A program made the translations under genes and the position numbers. Below, piece after piece: positions 1-10,714 of a DNA stretch of 64,000 bases. Where the stretch lies: positions 204,711 to 268,710 of the forward strand of contig JBFWWG010000002.1 of NCBI GenBank assembly GCA_050246315.1. The letters are read 5' to 3'. This DNA comes from Nitrospiraceae bacterium (GTDB taxonomy: Bacteria > Nitrospirota > Nitrospiria > Nitrospirales > Nitrospiraceae). The notes under the pieces are model-generated. The model made no database searches. It was given only the letters and a program-made list of their open reading frames with translations, and was not told the origin of the DNA. The stretch's first letter is position 1. Each line of letters starts with the position of its first letter.

Positions 1-64
1 CGGAGGGGTGAAATACATGCTGCAACAGCGGGGTGGATTTCATATGACGGCATTCCTTTCTTCC

Positions 65-676
65 TCAGAGAATCTTGGTACTCTGCGCGCTGAGAATGAA
101 CTGTTGAATGCAGTTCCTCATCGCGGTCTTGATCATGACTTCGATCACACCTTCATCGTGACGAGCCTGACAGGCAAAATCCTGTTGAGTTCCGCCTTGT
201 TTGGTCACGGTCAATGAGACGGTCACCTGAAACACTCTCAATTCCCGCAATGCAAATTCCTCCACGACGCCGGAGATGACCGATGTCTCTAGCGGCGCCG
301 GTGTCCGTCCCGGCTCCTCCGGTTGATTCACCTGATACCCTGAATGGATCAGCTCTCGCTTCAGGGCGTCAGCAAACACGATGCCAATTTCGCGGGACAG
401 GTAGATGCGGCCGATGCCCTCAGAGGGCACACCAACTTCTCTCGGTCTCACTGATCTCTGCGTCGCCGGTTGATAGATGAAGTCGCTCACCTGGACGGAT
501 CCCTGCCCTTTGGCGTCGTTGGAAGGAATATAGTTGAGGGAAATGATCAGCGGGCAACCGGAGAGGAACAGGGCGAGGACCAACCAGATCCATCGCCCAT
601 ACCGATTAGTCAGAGCTTGCGGCATCACCGAACGATACGATCGTCCCAACGCCAAGAGACCATTCCTAACATCCAT
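65..676 (-). CDS. Hypothetical lipoprotein
   Basis: Hydrophobic stretch ending in lipobox-like FLSGC; 203-aa ORF; start uncertain. Confidence 0.6.
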   Translation of the reverse strand: MDVRNGLLALGRSYRSVMPQALTNRYGRWIWLVLALFLSGCPLIISLNYIPSNDAKGQGSVQVSDFIYQPATQRSVRPREVGVPSEGIGRIYLSREIGIVFADALKRELIHSGYQVNQPEEPGRTPAPLETSVISGVVEEFALRELRVFQVTVSLTVTKQGGTQQDFACQARHDEGVIEVMIKTAMRNCIQQFILSAQSTKIL

Positions 677-883
677 TGTATTCGACGGAACCAGAGGGGC
701 CTCCCGCCTGCCGGAGGCGCGCCGCCAGCACCGAATCCCTCATGGAACCACGACTTTGTCAAATGAGGTGCGCAACGCTATCAACGGCGAGGGATTGAGT
801 CAAGGCCGAAGCTTTCACCGAGGATGCCTCGCCCAAATGCAGATCGACAATGACTGACAGACGTTTGTGCCTGCCCTACACGT

Positions 884-1447
884 TCACTTCTTCGGCGGGG
901 GGAATTTCTCGAACATCTTCTCGGCCCCCTCACGGATCTGGGCTTCGTTCTCAGCGGGATCTTCCAGCACCGTGTCGCTGCCGCGCCCGCGCCAGATCAT
1001 ACGCTTGTCCTTGGCATCGTACATGTCCACGACCACAGTGCCGATGGTGACTGTGGTGGGACTGGTCGTCGAGGTTGAGACGCCGCCGCCCCACCCATAG
1101 CCGCCCCGATACCAGCCGTAGCCCGGACCCCATGCCGGCCCGTAGCCATAACCGAATGAGGTCGTGTTGTAATGCACCTCCTCGCCGGTAGCGGCATGAT
1201 AGCTCACCAGCATATCCGGATTGGCGTCCACTTTTTGATAGCCCTTGCTCGTAAGTTGTTCGTCAATAGCCGCGACAATCCGGGCATCGACGAATGGGCT
1301 CTTGGCGGGAGTGCCCTTGCCCCATGCATAGGTGTGATAGCTTGTGAAGTCCGTATTCTTATCGAAATCGACGACGATCTTCGGCGTACACGAAGCAAGG
1401 ACCACGCTCAGTAAGAGCGCCCCCCAAACTTTCGCGTCGACGATCAT
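884..1447 (-). CDS. DUF4136 domain lipoprotein
   Basis: Lipobox LASC; DFDKNTDFTSYHTYAW, Gly/Tyr-rich middle, GTVVVDMYDAKDKRMIWRG, FEKFPP end, all typical of DUF4136. Confidence 0.8.
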   Translation of the reverse strand: MIVDAKVWGALLLSVVLASCTPKIVVDFDKNTDFTSYHTYAWGKGTPAKSPFVDARIVAAIDEQLTSKGYQKVDANPDMLVSYHAATGEEVHYNTTSFGYGYGPAWGPGYGWYRGGYGWGGGVSTSTTSPTTVTIGTVVVDMYDAKDKRMIWRGRGSDTVLEDPAENEAQIREGAEKMFEKFPPPKK

Positions 1448-1719
1448 GAATGTCTCCAGCAATCGAGTCAGGATTCCCCCGTTACGCCGATCGCGGTTCC
1501 GACCAAACGTCCCACTCGCACGGTAGGTCGCTGGTATTGTAGACGAATCGAGAGCGAATGTTCATGGGGAGGAGGATGAATATGTCCATGTTGTCATTCG
1601 TTGAGTATTTGCACCTGGACGAGACGTGCATGGAGAGCCGATTCGGTTGCGATAAACGTTGGCACAATGCTAGTATCGCGCCCCTCTGGCGGTTGTAAGA
1701 CATCCGGGAGGGATCGCTT

Positions 1720-2406
1720 ATGTTTTCGCGCCGTATGGTTCTCGTCATCCTGGTCGTCGCTCAGTGCGTACTCTCATGGTCTCCAGTCTCGGCCCAAACG
1801 GCGGAAAACTATCGCAAGGGTCGATGGGAATTTATGATCGCGCCGCAATATACGCTCTCGAGGAACATTGGATTCCAAGGCGGAACGAACGTCAAGATTG
1901 AAGACAATTGGGGATTCGGCCTCCAGTTCGGCTACAACTTCAATGAGCACATCAACCTCGGCGGCTTGTTCTCCTGGAGCCGTCCCGATTACCAGGGAAC
2001 CGTCCAGGCAGCGCCGGGCGTTCCGATCGCGACAGGTCCTCGATCGACGAGCGGAACGATCGAAACTACCACCTTTGGCATGATTCTGACCTATAACATT
2101 TTGGCCCGTCCGTTGACGCCATACCTCGACGCGATGGTGGCGGGAACTTACGTCAACACCGACATCGCAGCCGGTCCGCCTGTCTCCGGCTGTTTCTGGG
2201 ATCCTTGGTTCGGCTATATCTGCGGGACAACACAGCCGACCAAATACGATACCTACCTGGCCTACGGATTCGGCGGCGGCCTTCGATGGGACGTCAATCG
2301 CTCGTTCTTTCTCCGAGGTGGGTTCAGGCAACAATTCGTCGACGTGGCCAACACCGGCACCCCGAGCTTCACGCTCTTCAAACTGGATCTCGGCGTTAAA
2401 TTCTGA
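1720..2406 (+). CDS. Outer membrane beta-barrel protein
   Basis: Signal peptide, alternating beta-strand pattern, C-terminal Phe (LDLGVKF). Confidence 0.8.
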   Translation: MFSRRMVLVILVVAQCVLSWSPVSAQTAENYRKGRWEFMIAPQYTLSRNIGFQGGTNVKIEDNWGFGLQFGYNFNEHINLGGLFSWSRPDYQGTVQAAPGVPIATGPRSTSGTIETTTFGMILTYNILARPLTPYLDAMVAGTYVNTDIAAGPPVSGCFWDPWFGYICGTTQPTKYDTYLAYGFGGGLRWDVNRSFFLRGGFRQQFVDVANTGTPSFTLFKLDLGVKF

Positions 2407-2501
2407 TCGGCATCGAGAAGCTCTGAGAAGGGAGCGGAAGGGCCGAGCCGACAATATCCGCACCTTCTTTCCGAACCGCACGAACGTCTCCTCAGCAAAC
2501 C

Positions 2502-2866
2502 CTATCAGGCTGTTAAACACTCTTCGCGTACCCGTGAAGGCCCGCACGGCGAGAGATCACGGATGAGCTCAGAGCCTCCTGCAAGATGGTCATAATGTCC
2601 GTCCTTCTCACCCGCCCACCCTATGATTGCTCCGCAATCGATCGCCCGGGACGCCCTTGCCACAAGCCGGCCTCGCGACACGAGGAGGCAAAGAGATCCA
2701 CACCGCCTTTGCTGTGAACCATCGACTCATCGGGCGATGCCCATCTATTGACGGTGGTGGAGAACTTCCTTCAGGGTTGAGTCTCTTCGCGTCAGACCCA
2801 TCGCACCAAGAATGAACAGCATTGAGCGCCCCGACAAAGCTGGCGGACTTTTTCGACATCCTGCTA
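2502..2866. mobile_element. MITE-like intergenic element (family C) with imperfect terminal inverted repeats
   Basis: Left end TATCAGGCTGTTAAAC resembles reverse complement of right end (TAGCAGGATGTCGAAA); 2768-2866 homologous to 63901-64000. Confidence 0.55.
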
Positions 2867-2925
2867 AGGTACCGTGGCGGGTTGAGATCCCGCCACGGCA
2901 GGGTTCCGGAGCGAAGAGCAGGTCG

Positions 2926-5900
2926 TTACGAACACCCGCTGGTGGCGCCGCAATTGTCACACTTCAAACAGGTGCCGTTGCGCACCATCTTGAACTGCTT
3001 GCACTCCTGACAGGGGTCCCCCTCATAACCCTGTTGGCGGGCGATCTGCAAAGCGGTCAACGTCAGCGTTTCCCTTTTCAGCTCCACCTTATGGGCTACG
3101 TTGCCATTGCCATGACTATGGGCGTGGCCCTGTCCGTTCCCACCATGATGACCGTTCCGCACCGGTAGATGCTCGGTGAGAATTGATGATTTGGCCAGCG
3201 CCGTCATGTCCACTTCTTCCGCGACACATTCGGGGTCCTGCTCGTCCTTCTTCATCGAATCCATCCGCAGGTCCTCTTCCTGGACCTGGGCAAGGTCGGA
3301 GCGTTCGAGATACGTGACGGCGAGCTCGCGAAAAATGTAGTCGATGATCGACGTCGCCATCTTGATCCGGTCGTTCAGCTTCACCGGTCCGTTCGGCTCG
3401 AACCGCGTAAACACGAAGGCCTCCACGAATTCTTCCAACGGCACTCCATGTTGCAACCCCAAGGAAATTGCGATCGCGAAATTGTTCATCAAGCTGCGGA
3501 AGGCGGCTCCCTCCTTGTGCATGTCGAGGAAAATCTCTCCCAACGTGCCGTCGCTATACTCACCGGTGCGTAGGTACAGCTTGTGCCCGCCGATAATGGC
3601 CTTCTGCGTATAGCCGCTGCGGCGCGCCGGCAACGGCCGCCGCTTGGCCAGATACCGGACCAGCACGCGCTCTGCCGCCTTCTCCGCCACCGTCATGACG
3701 GTCGGCATTGCCTCCACCGCCTTTCCACTGTCCGATGAGGCATTCAAGGGTTGGCTCAGCTTCGACCCGTCGCGGTAGAGGGCTACGGCCTTGACCATGC
3801 TCTTCCATGCAAGAAGATACGCGGCCTTGACGTCTTCCAATGTGGCGTCGGCCGGCATGTTGATCGTCTTGCTGATCGCCCCGCTGATGAACGGTTGTGC
3901 GGCTGCCATCATGCGGATGTGGGCATCGACCGCAATATATCGTTGACCGAGGCGACCGCAGCGATTTGCGCAATCAAAGATCGGCAAATGTTCCGGCTTG
4001 AGATGCGGGGCCCCTTCGATCGTCATGGTGCCGCAGCAAAAGTCGTTCGCGGCGACCACATCCTCTTGGGTAAAACCCAGCGCCTTTAACATATTGAAGG
4101 TCGGGTCCGCCATTTGGGCCTCGGTAAGCCCCAGTTTCTCCCGGCAGAATTCCTCGCCGAGCGTGAACTTGTTGAACGCGAACTGGATCTCGAAGGCCTG
4201 GCCCAGCGAACTTTCCAATCGCTCCAGCGCCGCGTCGTCGAATCCCTTCTGCCGTAAGGTCTCATGATTGACGCACGGCGAGCCTTTGAGAGTTTGCCGG
4301 CCGACACAGTAGGAGACGATGTCCTGGATCTGAGCCTCGCCATAGCCCAGCACGGCAAGTGCCGGGGGCAGGCTTTGATTGATGATCTTGAAGTAGCCGC
4401 CGCCCGCCAATTTCTTGAACTTCACCAAGGCGAAATCCGGCTCGATACCGGTCGTATCACAATCCATAACCAGCCCGATCGTCCCGGTCGGCGCAATGAC
4501 CGTCACCTGCGCATTCCGAAACCCGTAGGCCGTCCCTAACTCCAGCGCTCGGTCCCAGGCGCGGCGGGCCGCCAATAGAATTTCCGGTGGACAGTGCTCC
4601 GCTTGAATCGCTATCGGCTTGATCGTCAAGCCTTCATATTCACCAGCCGGAGCGCCATAGGCGGCACGGCGATGATTGCGGATCACTTGCAGCATTGGCT
4701 CCCGGTTTCGTTCATAGCCGAGAAAAGGCGACAACTCTGCCGCCATTTCTGCGGACGTCGCGTAGGATTCGCCGGTCATGATCGCCGTAATCGCGCCGCA
4801 AATCGCCAGGGCCTTTGGCGAATCATATGGAATGCCCTGTCGCATCAGGATGGTCCCGAGGTTCGCGTACCCGAGCCCGAGGGTCCGGAACTCATAGCTC
4901 TTTTGAGCGATGGCTCGGCTGGGAAACGAGGCCATCAGCACGCTGATCTCCAGCGTGATCGTCCAGAGTCGCACGGCATGCCGGAAGGATTCCAAATCGA
5001 ATTCTCCATCGGCATTGTAGAACCTGGCCAAGTTGAGCGACGCCAGGTTACAGGCCGTGTCGTCGAGGAACATATATTCCGAACAGGGATTGGAGGCATT
5101 GATACGCCCATCTCCGGGACAGGTATGCCACTCGTTGATGGTCGTGTCGTATTGTGTCCCGGGATCGGCACAGATCCAGGCCGCCCAGGCGATCTTGTCC
5201 CAAAGATCTCGCGCCTTGACCGTCCTGCTGACTTTGCCGTCGATTCGGCGCCGCAGTTCCCACTCGCCGTCCCGCTCCAGGACTTCGAAGAACCCGTTCG
5301 GGATCCGCACACTGTTGTTGGAATTCTGACCGGACACGGTCTGGTAGGCCTTCCCGTCCCAGTTGGTGTCGTATTCGTAAAATACGAAATGCGTGTAGCC
5401 CTGCTTGGCATAATCGAACATGCGCTGAATGTAGGCTTCCGGAACCGCATCCCGTCTGGCCGCAGATACCGCATCGCGCAAAACCGTATTTCTATTGATG
5501 TCGAGTTCGATCTGACCAAGCGATTCGCCGTCGGCCACGATGCAGGCCTTCAAGACGCTGTTCAAGCGCTGGGCGCAGATCTTCGAGCCGGTTACCATCG
5601 CGGCAACCTTCTGTTCTTCGACGACCTTCCAATCAATGAACTCTTCGATATCGGGATGATCGAGATCGAGACAGACCATCTTGGCCGCCCGCCTGGTTGT
5701 CCCGCCCGATTTGATCGCCCCCGCCGCACGGTCACCGATCTTCAGAAACGACATGAGCCCGGAGGACCGGCCGCCGCCGGACAAAGGCTCCCCATCGCCG
5801 CGCAACCGGGAGAAGTTCGTCCCGGTCCCCGACCCATATTTGAAGAGGCGCGCCTCGCGGACCCACAGATCCATGATGCCGTTCTCATTGACCAGATCGT

Positions 5901-6468
5901 CCTCGATGGATTGGATAAAGCAAGCATGCGGTTGGGGGTGCTCGAACGCATTGCTCGCCCTGACCACTTCCCCGACCGCAGGATCGAAATAATAGTGGCC
6001 CTGCGCCGGCCCCGTCAGGCCATAGGCATAGTGCAGTCCCGTATTGAACCACTGCGGCGAATTGGGCGCTGCCATCTGGCAAGCCAGCATGTAGCACATC
6101 TCGTCATGGAAGGCGGTCGCATCTTCAGCCGTCTTGAAATACCCGTGGTTCTTTCCCCAATGGGTCCAACAACCGGCCAGCCGCTCGAACACTTGCCGCG
6201 CATCCCGTTCGCCTCCAAGCACCGGCTTCCCGTCGGCACCGATCATTGGCTGACCTTCGGCATCCATCAGGGGAACTCCAGCCTTTCTGAAGTATTTCTG
6301 AGCCAGGATATCCACGGCTAACTGTGACCAGGAATTCGGCACATCGATGCTGTCCAGTTTGAAGACTGTAGATCCGTCCGGATTCCGGATTTCTGATGAC
6401 CGTTTCACGAACGTGAGGCCCTCATAGGGGCTGTGGCCGCGCTTTGTGAATCGTCGTTCAATTCTCAC
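2926..6468 (-). CDS. nrdJ: Vitamin B12-dependent (class II) ribonucleotide reductase
   Basis: [51 protein letters not shown] motifs; C-terminal TSCPD/Zn-ribbon; GTG start at 6468 after AAGGAGGGAG. Confidence 0.95.
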   Translation of the reverse strand: MRIERRFTKRGHSPYEGLTFVKRSSEIRNPDGSTVFKLDSIDVPNSWSQLAVDILAQKYFRKAGVPLMDAEGQPMIGADGKPVLGGERDARQVFERLAGCWTHWGKNHGYFKTAEDATAFHDEMCYMLACQMAAPNSPQWFNTGLHYAYGLTGPAQGHYYFDPAVGEVVRASNAFEHPQPHACFIQSIEDDLVNENGIMDLWVREARLFKYGSGTGTNFSRLRGDGEPLSGGGRSSGLMSFLKIGDRAAGAIKSGGTTRRAAKMVCLDLDHPDIEEFIDWKVVEEQKVAAMVTGSKICAQRLNSVLKACIVADGESLGQIELDINRNTVLRDAVSAARRDAVPEAYIQRMFDYAKQGYTHFVFYEYDTNWDGKAYQTVSGQNSNNSVRIPNGFFEVLERDGEWELRRRIDGKVSRTVKARDLWDKIAWAAWICADPGTQYDTTINEWHTCPGDGRINASNPCSEYMFLDDTACNLASLNLARFYNADGEFDLESFRHAVRLWTITLEISVLMASFPSRAIAQKSYEFRTLGLGYANLGTILMRQGIPYDSPKALAICGAITAIMTGESYATSAEMAAELSPFLGYERNREPMLQVIRNHRRAAYGAPAGEYEGLTIKPIAIQAEHCPPEILLAARRAWDRALELGTAYGFRNAQVTVIAPTGTIGLVMDCDTTGIEPDFALVKFKKLAGGGYFKIINQSLPPALAVLGYGEAQIQDIVSYCVGRQTLKGSPCVNHETLRQKGFDDAALERLESSLGQAFEIQFAFNKFTLGEEFCREKLGLTEAQMADPTFNMLKALGFTQEDVVAANDFCCGTMTIEGAPHLKPEHLPIFDCANRCGRLGQRYIAVDAHIRMMAAAQPFISGAISKTINMPADATLEDVKAAYLLAWKSMVKAVALYRDGSKLSQPLNASSDSGKAVEAMPTVMTVAEKAAERVLVRYLAKRRPLPARRSGYTQKAIIGGHKLYLRTGEYSDGTLGEIFLDMHKEGAAFRSLMNNFAIAISLGLQHGVPLEEFVEAFVFTRFEPNGPVKLNDRIKMATSIIDYIFRELAVTYLERSDLAQVQEEDLRMDSMKKDEQDPECVAEEVDMTALAKSSILTEHLPVRNGHHGGNGQGHAHSHGNGNVAHKVELKRETLTLTALQIARQQGYEGDPCQECKQFKMVRNGTCLKCDNCGATSGCS

Positions 6469-6587
6469 GACTCCCTCCTTGGAGGTCACCGAGTGGATGG
6501 ATGGTGGCTGGGCTGAACTGTCAGATACCAGGCTGCCGCAAACAGGAGGTCAGAAACGAGCTGTCACTGTCTGAGATATTCAAACGC

Positions 6588-6635
6588 CATCTACATATAG
6601 TGATCTCGATTTTTTGTCAACACTAAATGTTGTGG
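6588..6635. promoter_or_regulatory. Tandem NrdR boxes upstream of nrdJ
   Basis: CATCTACATATAGTGA (6588-6603) and ACACTAAATGTTGTGG (6620-6635) match consensus acaCwAtATaTwGtgt, 32 bp apart; TTGACA on the minus strand at 6615-6620. Confidence 0.85.
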
Positions 6636-7034
6636 ATTCATGTGGATTCCAGGGAAATCCTGTGAATAGCGCTGAAGGCACTCTAGGCAAGCATTCCATG
6701 ACTTTTTTTGGAGGTTATCCCCAGGGGCATGGAGAGAACATGGGACCTTTCCCTATCGGCAAAGGCCATATTTCCATCTTGCCTAGGGAGACTGTTCCCT
6801 AAGAGAGCAGGGGTACGGGCTCGTCTGAGGGGCTACTCTGACAGGGTCGGTGAGAGCCGACAAATTATGCTGCGGAAGAGACACGCCTGTCATCATATGC
6901 CATATGCCGTGGACAGCGTTTGACAATCCAAGAGCCGCTCAGTAGCCTACCTCCCTCGCGATCCTGGGCTGTGGTCAATGCAACAGCCTGCCCTGCCCTT
7001 TCGTAGTCGCCCTGACAATCAAGAGGAGGTCTTC

Positions 7035-7328
7035 ATGTACGTGTGGAGTAAGAATTTGATCATGGCATTGCTTGGGATCTTCCTCCTGTTGCTTGGCCTC
7101 TTTTTGCTGGAAGGGTCCGAAGGGGCGAGTAGCGGTTTGAAAGTTCATACGACCCAGTGGATGTCGTTGAACTATATCGGGCTCGTGATCTGGCTCTTTG
7201 TCTGGATGATCGATCAGGCCCGTGTGCGGGGAAAGAACGTGTGGCTGTGGCTGATTCCTTTCCTTCTTGCTCCGTTGCCGACATTAATGGTGTTCGTGCT
7301 GTTTCTCCAGCGTCGGGTGAAGGCCTGA
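7035..7328 (+). CDS. Small hypothetical membrane protein
   Basis: GAGGAGG RBS before ATG 7035; three hydrophobic segments. Confidence 0.65.
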   Translation: MYVWSKNLIMALLGIFLLLLGLFLLEGSEGASSGLKVHTTQWMSLNYIGLVIWLFVWMIDQARVRGKNVWLWLIPFLLAPLPTLMVFVLFLQRRVKA

Positions 7329-7344
7329 CGGCAGGTTTGTCGTT

Positions 7345-8592
7345 TCATTCCGTACGGGACGCCCCGGTCCCCATTCCCTCATAGCGAGTCAAATTTTCCC
7401 GCAGGTGCCAGAGCAATAGGAGTCCGGGCAAAGAGGCAATGAAGGTGACGACGAAATAGGGAGCCCAGCCGATCGTCTCGACCAGGTGCGCAGAAGGACG
7501 TCCCAGCAGGACCCGCCCCAGCGCCTCAACCGACGATAGCAAGGCGAACTGGGTCGCCGTGTATTTGTGGTGGCAGAGTGCCATCACTAACGCCACGAAG
7601 GCCGAGGTACCCATGCCGCCGGAGAGATTTTCGCAAGCGATCGCGAAGACCAGCAGCGGGTAGCTCTTTCCTCCCCAGGCCAACAGAACAAACGCCAGGT
7701 TCGAGACAGCCTGAAGCAGACCGAAGGCAAGCAGGGCTCGCACAAGCCCCAAGCGTGTCATGGCAAGGCCGCCGATCAGGGCACCCGCCAATGTCAGCCC
7801 CAAACCCAGCCCCTTCATGATGCCGACATCGGTGGCGGTGAATCCAACGCCCTTGATGAGAAACGCCGTGAGTAATGTCCCGGCAAAGGCATCGCCCAGC
7901 TTGTAAAGCGCGACCAGACCCAGGAGAGTCCCTGCCCCCGCCCGTGAGAAAAATTCATCCAAAGGTCCGAGCACGGCCTCCCGCAACGATGAGGGAGCCT
8001 GTTGAGCCGAGTTCGGTTCCTCGGCTATCCCGATGGCCCAGAGTCCGACCAGCATGACAAACGCCATCGTCGCGTAGGTCGCAGACCATCCGATCCGATC
8101 GGCCATCACCAGTGCGAGCGATCCCGCGACCAGCAATGCTAGTCGGTAACCGTTGACCCAAACGGCCGCGCCGAGCCCCCGTTCGAGCGGCCGAAGTGTT
8201 TCGGTGCGATAGGCATCGAAGACAATGTCTTGGGAGGCAGAGATGAACGCGACCGACAGAGCCACGATGCCCAGCAACCAAGGCCATTGAGAAGGATCGA
8301 TCAGCGCCATGGTCAGGACGCCGGCCATCAAGGAAGCCTGCGTCAGCACCATCCATCCCCTCCGTCGTCCCATCCAGGGTGGGACATAGCGGTCCATCAA
8401 TGGGGCCCAAAGAAATTTCAGCGTATAGGGCAGCCCGACCAGGGTAAACACGCCTATGGTGCGGAGATCGACTCCCGCGACGGTCAACCAAGCCTGAAGG
8501 GTCCCGGAGGTCAGAGCGAGCGGGAGCCCTGAGGCAAACCCCAACGGGAGCATCAGCCCTATACGACGATTCGCCAGTTCGCTGATTCGCAT
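7345..8592 (-). CDS. ampG: AmpG-family muropeptide MFS transporter
   Basis: LGFASGLPLAL, PYTLKFLWAPLMDR, GRRRGW, SASQDIVFDAYR, TATQFALLSS. Confidence 0.9.
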   Translation of the reverse strand: MRISELANRRIGLMLPLGFASGLPLALTSGTLQAWLTVAGVDLRTIGVFTLVGLPYTLKFLWAPLMDRYVPPWMGRRRGWMVLTQASLMAGVLTMALIDPSQWPWLLGIVALSVAFISASQDIVFDAYRTETLRPLERGLGAAVWVNGYRLALLVAGSLALVMADRIGWSATYATMAFVMLVGLWAIGIAEEPNSAQQAPSSLREAVLGPLDEFFSRAGAGTLLGLVALYKLGDAFAGTLLTAFLIKGVGFTATDVGIMKGLGLGLTLAGALIGGLAMTRLGLVRALLAFGLLQAVSNLAFVLLAWGGKSYPLLVFAIACENLSGGMGTSAFVALVMALCHHKYTATQFALLSSVEALGRVLLGRPSAHLVETIGWAPYFVVTFIASLPGLLLLWHLRENLTRYEGMGTGASRTE

Positions 8593-8737
8593 GAAACCTG
8601 GATAGTCAGAGCACGCAGGCGAAGCGGAGGCAGGATAACATTCTCGGCCGAGAGCATGTACAAATTACAGGAAACGGGAGGCATGCCGGAAGGTTCTCGG
8701 CACGACGCTCGAAAACGGCCGGTGAACGTGGATGGGA

Positions 8738-9139
8738 TTAACAGGCTTGGCCGTTGAATACGCAGGGTTTGTAACGACTGCGATCAAACTCGACGCCTTC
8801 CTGATACACAAGCTCGTTGCCGTTGACCCCGTCTTGTTCAGGGTCATTCCACATGGTGTGGTTCCACCAATAGAACAGCGGGAAGGACTCGGTATTGTAC
8901 ACGGGGTTACCATAGTTGCTGCGGCTATAGTCCTTCACCATCCGGCCGGTAATGTAGTCCACCTCCCCGTCGCCCTTGAGGGAGTAGAGGATGAGAAAGA
9001 GTCTCGCCTCGTGGTCATAGAGTTCATCGACCCGGGAACTCAATTCTGGTTCAGGCGGCAGGCTGCCGCTCGCCCATCCGAGTTGGTGCGGACCGGCGAG
9101 GGCCGCAGTCGCGACGATCAACCAACACCAGACTCTCAT
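8738..9139 (-). CDS. Hypothetical secreted protein
   Basis: GGAGGAG RBS before ATG 9139; signal peptide MRVWCWLIVATAALA. Confidence 0.65.
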   Translation of the reverse strand: MRVWCWLIVATAALAGPHQLGWASGSLPPEPELSSRVDELYDHEARLFLILYSLKGDGEVDYITGRMVKDYSRSNYGNPVYNTESFPLFYWWNHTMWNDPEQDGVNGNELVYQEGVEFDRSRYKPCVFNGQAC

Positions 9140-9286
9140 GAGAATCGCTCCTCCAAGTGTCGGGCGGACCGGCCAAATCAGCCACATCGTATCATGGGTC
9201 CTCAACCTGTTCAACGCAACCGGGGAACTACCCGAGTCGATCGGGATCCAGGATCGAAATTGACACGCTCTACTCCATGCCCCGGC

Positions 9287-9315
9287 TTGTAGACCGTGGA
9301 GTGCTTCCTTATAAT
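9287..9315 (+). promoter_or_regulatory. Sigma70-type promoter of mtaB-miaB
   Basis: TTGTAG-17 bp-TATAAT just upstream of mtaB. Confidence 0.55.
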
Positions 9316-9343
9316 CCCTCCTCCCATGAACGGACGCGATCGG

Positions 9344-10714
9344 ATGAAACGCGCGACCCTGCATACCCTGGGTTGCCGGTTGAACCAGGCCGAAACTGCG
9401 CACCTGGCTGGCCGTCTCAAGACCAAAGGCTACAGGCTTGTCGAATTCGGAGAACCGACGGACCTGCTTGTGCTGAACACCTGCTCCGTTACGCAGGACG
9501 CGGAACGGGATTCTCGCCGCGCAGTCCGGAGCACCTTGCGCCATTCACCCAAGGCCTTTGTCGCCGTGACCGGTTGCTATGCCCAAACCGGCGTGGAGGC
9601 GCTCCAGGGGATGGATGGAATCGACATGATCGTCGGTTCTCAGTTCAAGATGACCTTGCCCGATCTCCTCCCATCCCCCGAGGCGCTTTCGAAGCCGCCG
9701 TCACCTCACATTCTCCATAGCAAACGGATCGCACGGGAGGAATTCGTTCTGGACGGAACGGTCGAGTTCGAGGGGACGAGGGCGACCCTCAAGATCCAGG
9801 ATGGCTGTGATGTGATGTGCTCCTTCTGTATCATTCCCCTCGCGAGGGGGCGCTCGCGCAGCCGGGCGCTCAGCGACGTGCTGCGCGAGGGTGGCGAGTT
9901 GGTCGCCAAGGGTTACAAGGAATTGGTGCTGTCCGGTGTGAACATCGGAGAATATGAATCCGGTGGGGCCGGACTGGTGGATCTCATCAAATTGTTGGAA
10001 CTCCTACCCGGTATCGAACGGATCAGAATTTCCTCGATCGAGCCGACGACCGTGACGGCCGCACTGCTCGACCACATGGCCCGATCAAATCGACTTTGCC
10101 GACACCTGCATATTCCTCTGCAAAGCGGCAGCGATACGCTGCTCACAGCCATGAACCGGCCCTACACTGTTACGGATTTCACCGGGCTCATCGAGCTGGC
10201 GGACAGGTTGATTCCAGATGTCTGTATCGGCACCGACCTGCTGGTGGGCTTTCCAGGTGAACAGCCCGAACAGCATGAGGCGACGATCTCGTTGGTTTCG
10301 GCGCTTCCGATCGCCTATTTTCATGTCTTTCCCTATTCGGCCCGACCCAGTACGCCGGCCGCCAAGATGGCTGCGCAGGTTCGAAGCGCAACCATCACTG
10401 AGCGCACCGGCCGCCTGACCGAGCTCTCCCGCGCCAAACGGGTGGCCTACTATCAGCGATTCCTCGGGCATCGCCTCCCCGTCCTCTTCGAGCGGCCTGG
10501 CAGGAAGGGCCGGCGCATCGGCTTCACGGACAATTACCTCCGCGTACAGGTTTCCGGCGACGAGGATCTCACAAATGTCGTTCGAGCGGTCGAAATCACG
10601 GCCGTGCAAGATGGACTCGCATTGGGACACCTGGTATCTTCGCGTCCGGACGCAAGGACGCCGTTGCCTCTTCTCGCTGAACCCAATATAGACGGAACCA
10701 TCTGCACCCAATGA
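9344..10714 (+). CDS. mtaB: tRNA t6A37 methylthiotransferase MtaB
   Basis: TLGCRLNQAE, NTCSVT, VTGCYAQ, KIQDGCDVMCSFC, RIRISSIEP; start 9326 or 9344. Confidence 0.88.
   Translation: MKRATLHTLGCRLNQAETAHLAGRLKTKGYRLVEFGEPTDLLVLNTCSVTQDAERDSRRAVRSTLRHSPKAFVAVTGCYAQTGVEALQGMDGIDMIVGSQFKMTLPDLLPSPEALSKPPSPHILHSKRIAREEFVLDGTVEFEGTRATLKIQDGCDVMCSFCIIPLARGRSRSRALSDVLREGGELVAKGYKELVLSGVNIGEYESGGAGLVDLIKLLELLPGIERIRISSIEPTTVTAALLDHMARSNRLCRHLHIPLQSGSDTLLTAMNRPYTVTDFTGLIELADRLIPDVCIGTDLLVGFPGEQPEQHEATISLVSALPIAYFHVFPYSARPSTPAAKMAAQVRSATITERTGRLTELSRAKRVAYYQRFLGHRLPVLFERPGRKGRRIGFTDNYLRVQVSGDEDLTNVVRAVEITAVQDGLALGHLVSSRPDARTPLPLLAEPNIDGTICTQ

Noticed and set aside
1660..1675. TGGCAC-AATGC-TAGTA possible sigma54 promoter
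   Set aside because: Lacks the invariant GC at -12
4594..6321. 575-aa plus-strand ORF, and similar long antisense ORFs over metH, dsr1 and lon
   Set aside because: Shadow frames of well-supported genes in GC-rich DNA; no recognisable motifs
2926..6468. Intein or intron in nrdJ
   Set aside because: No splice-junction motifs or LAGLIDADG-like insert recognised; continuous ORF
6490..6980. Cobalamin riboswitch upstream of nrdJ
   Set aside because: No B12-box motif recognised; only an isolated CTAGGCAAG/CTTGCCTAG inverted repeat
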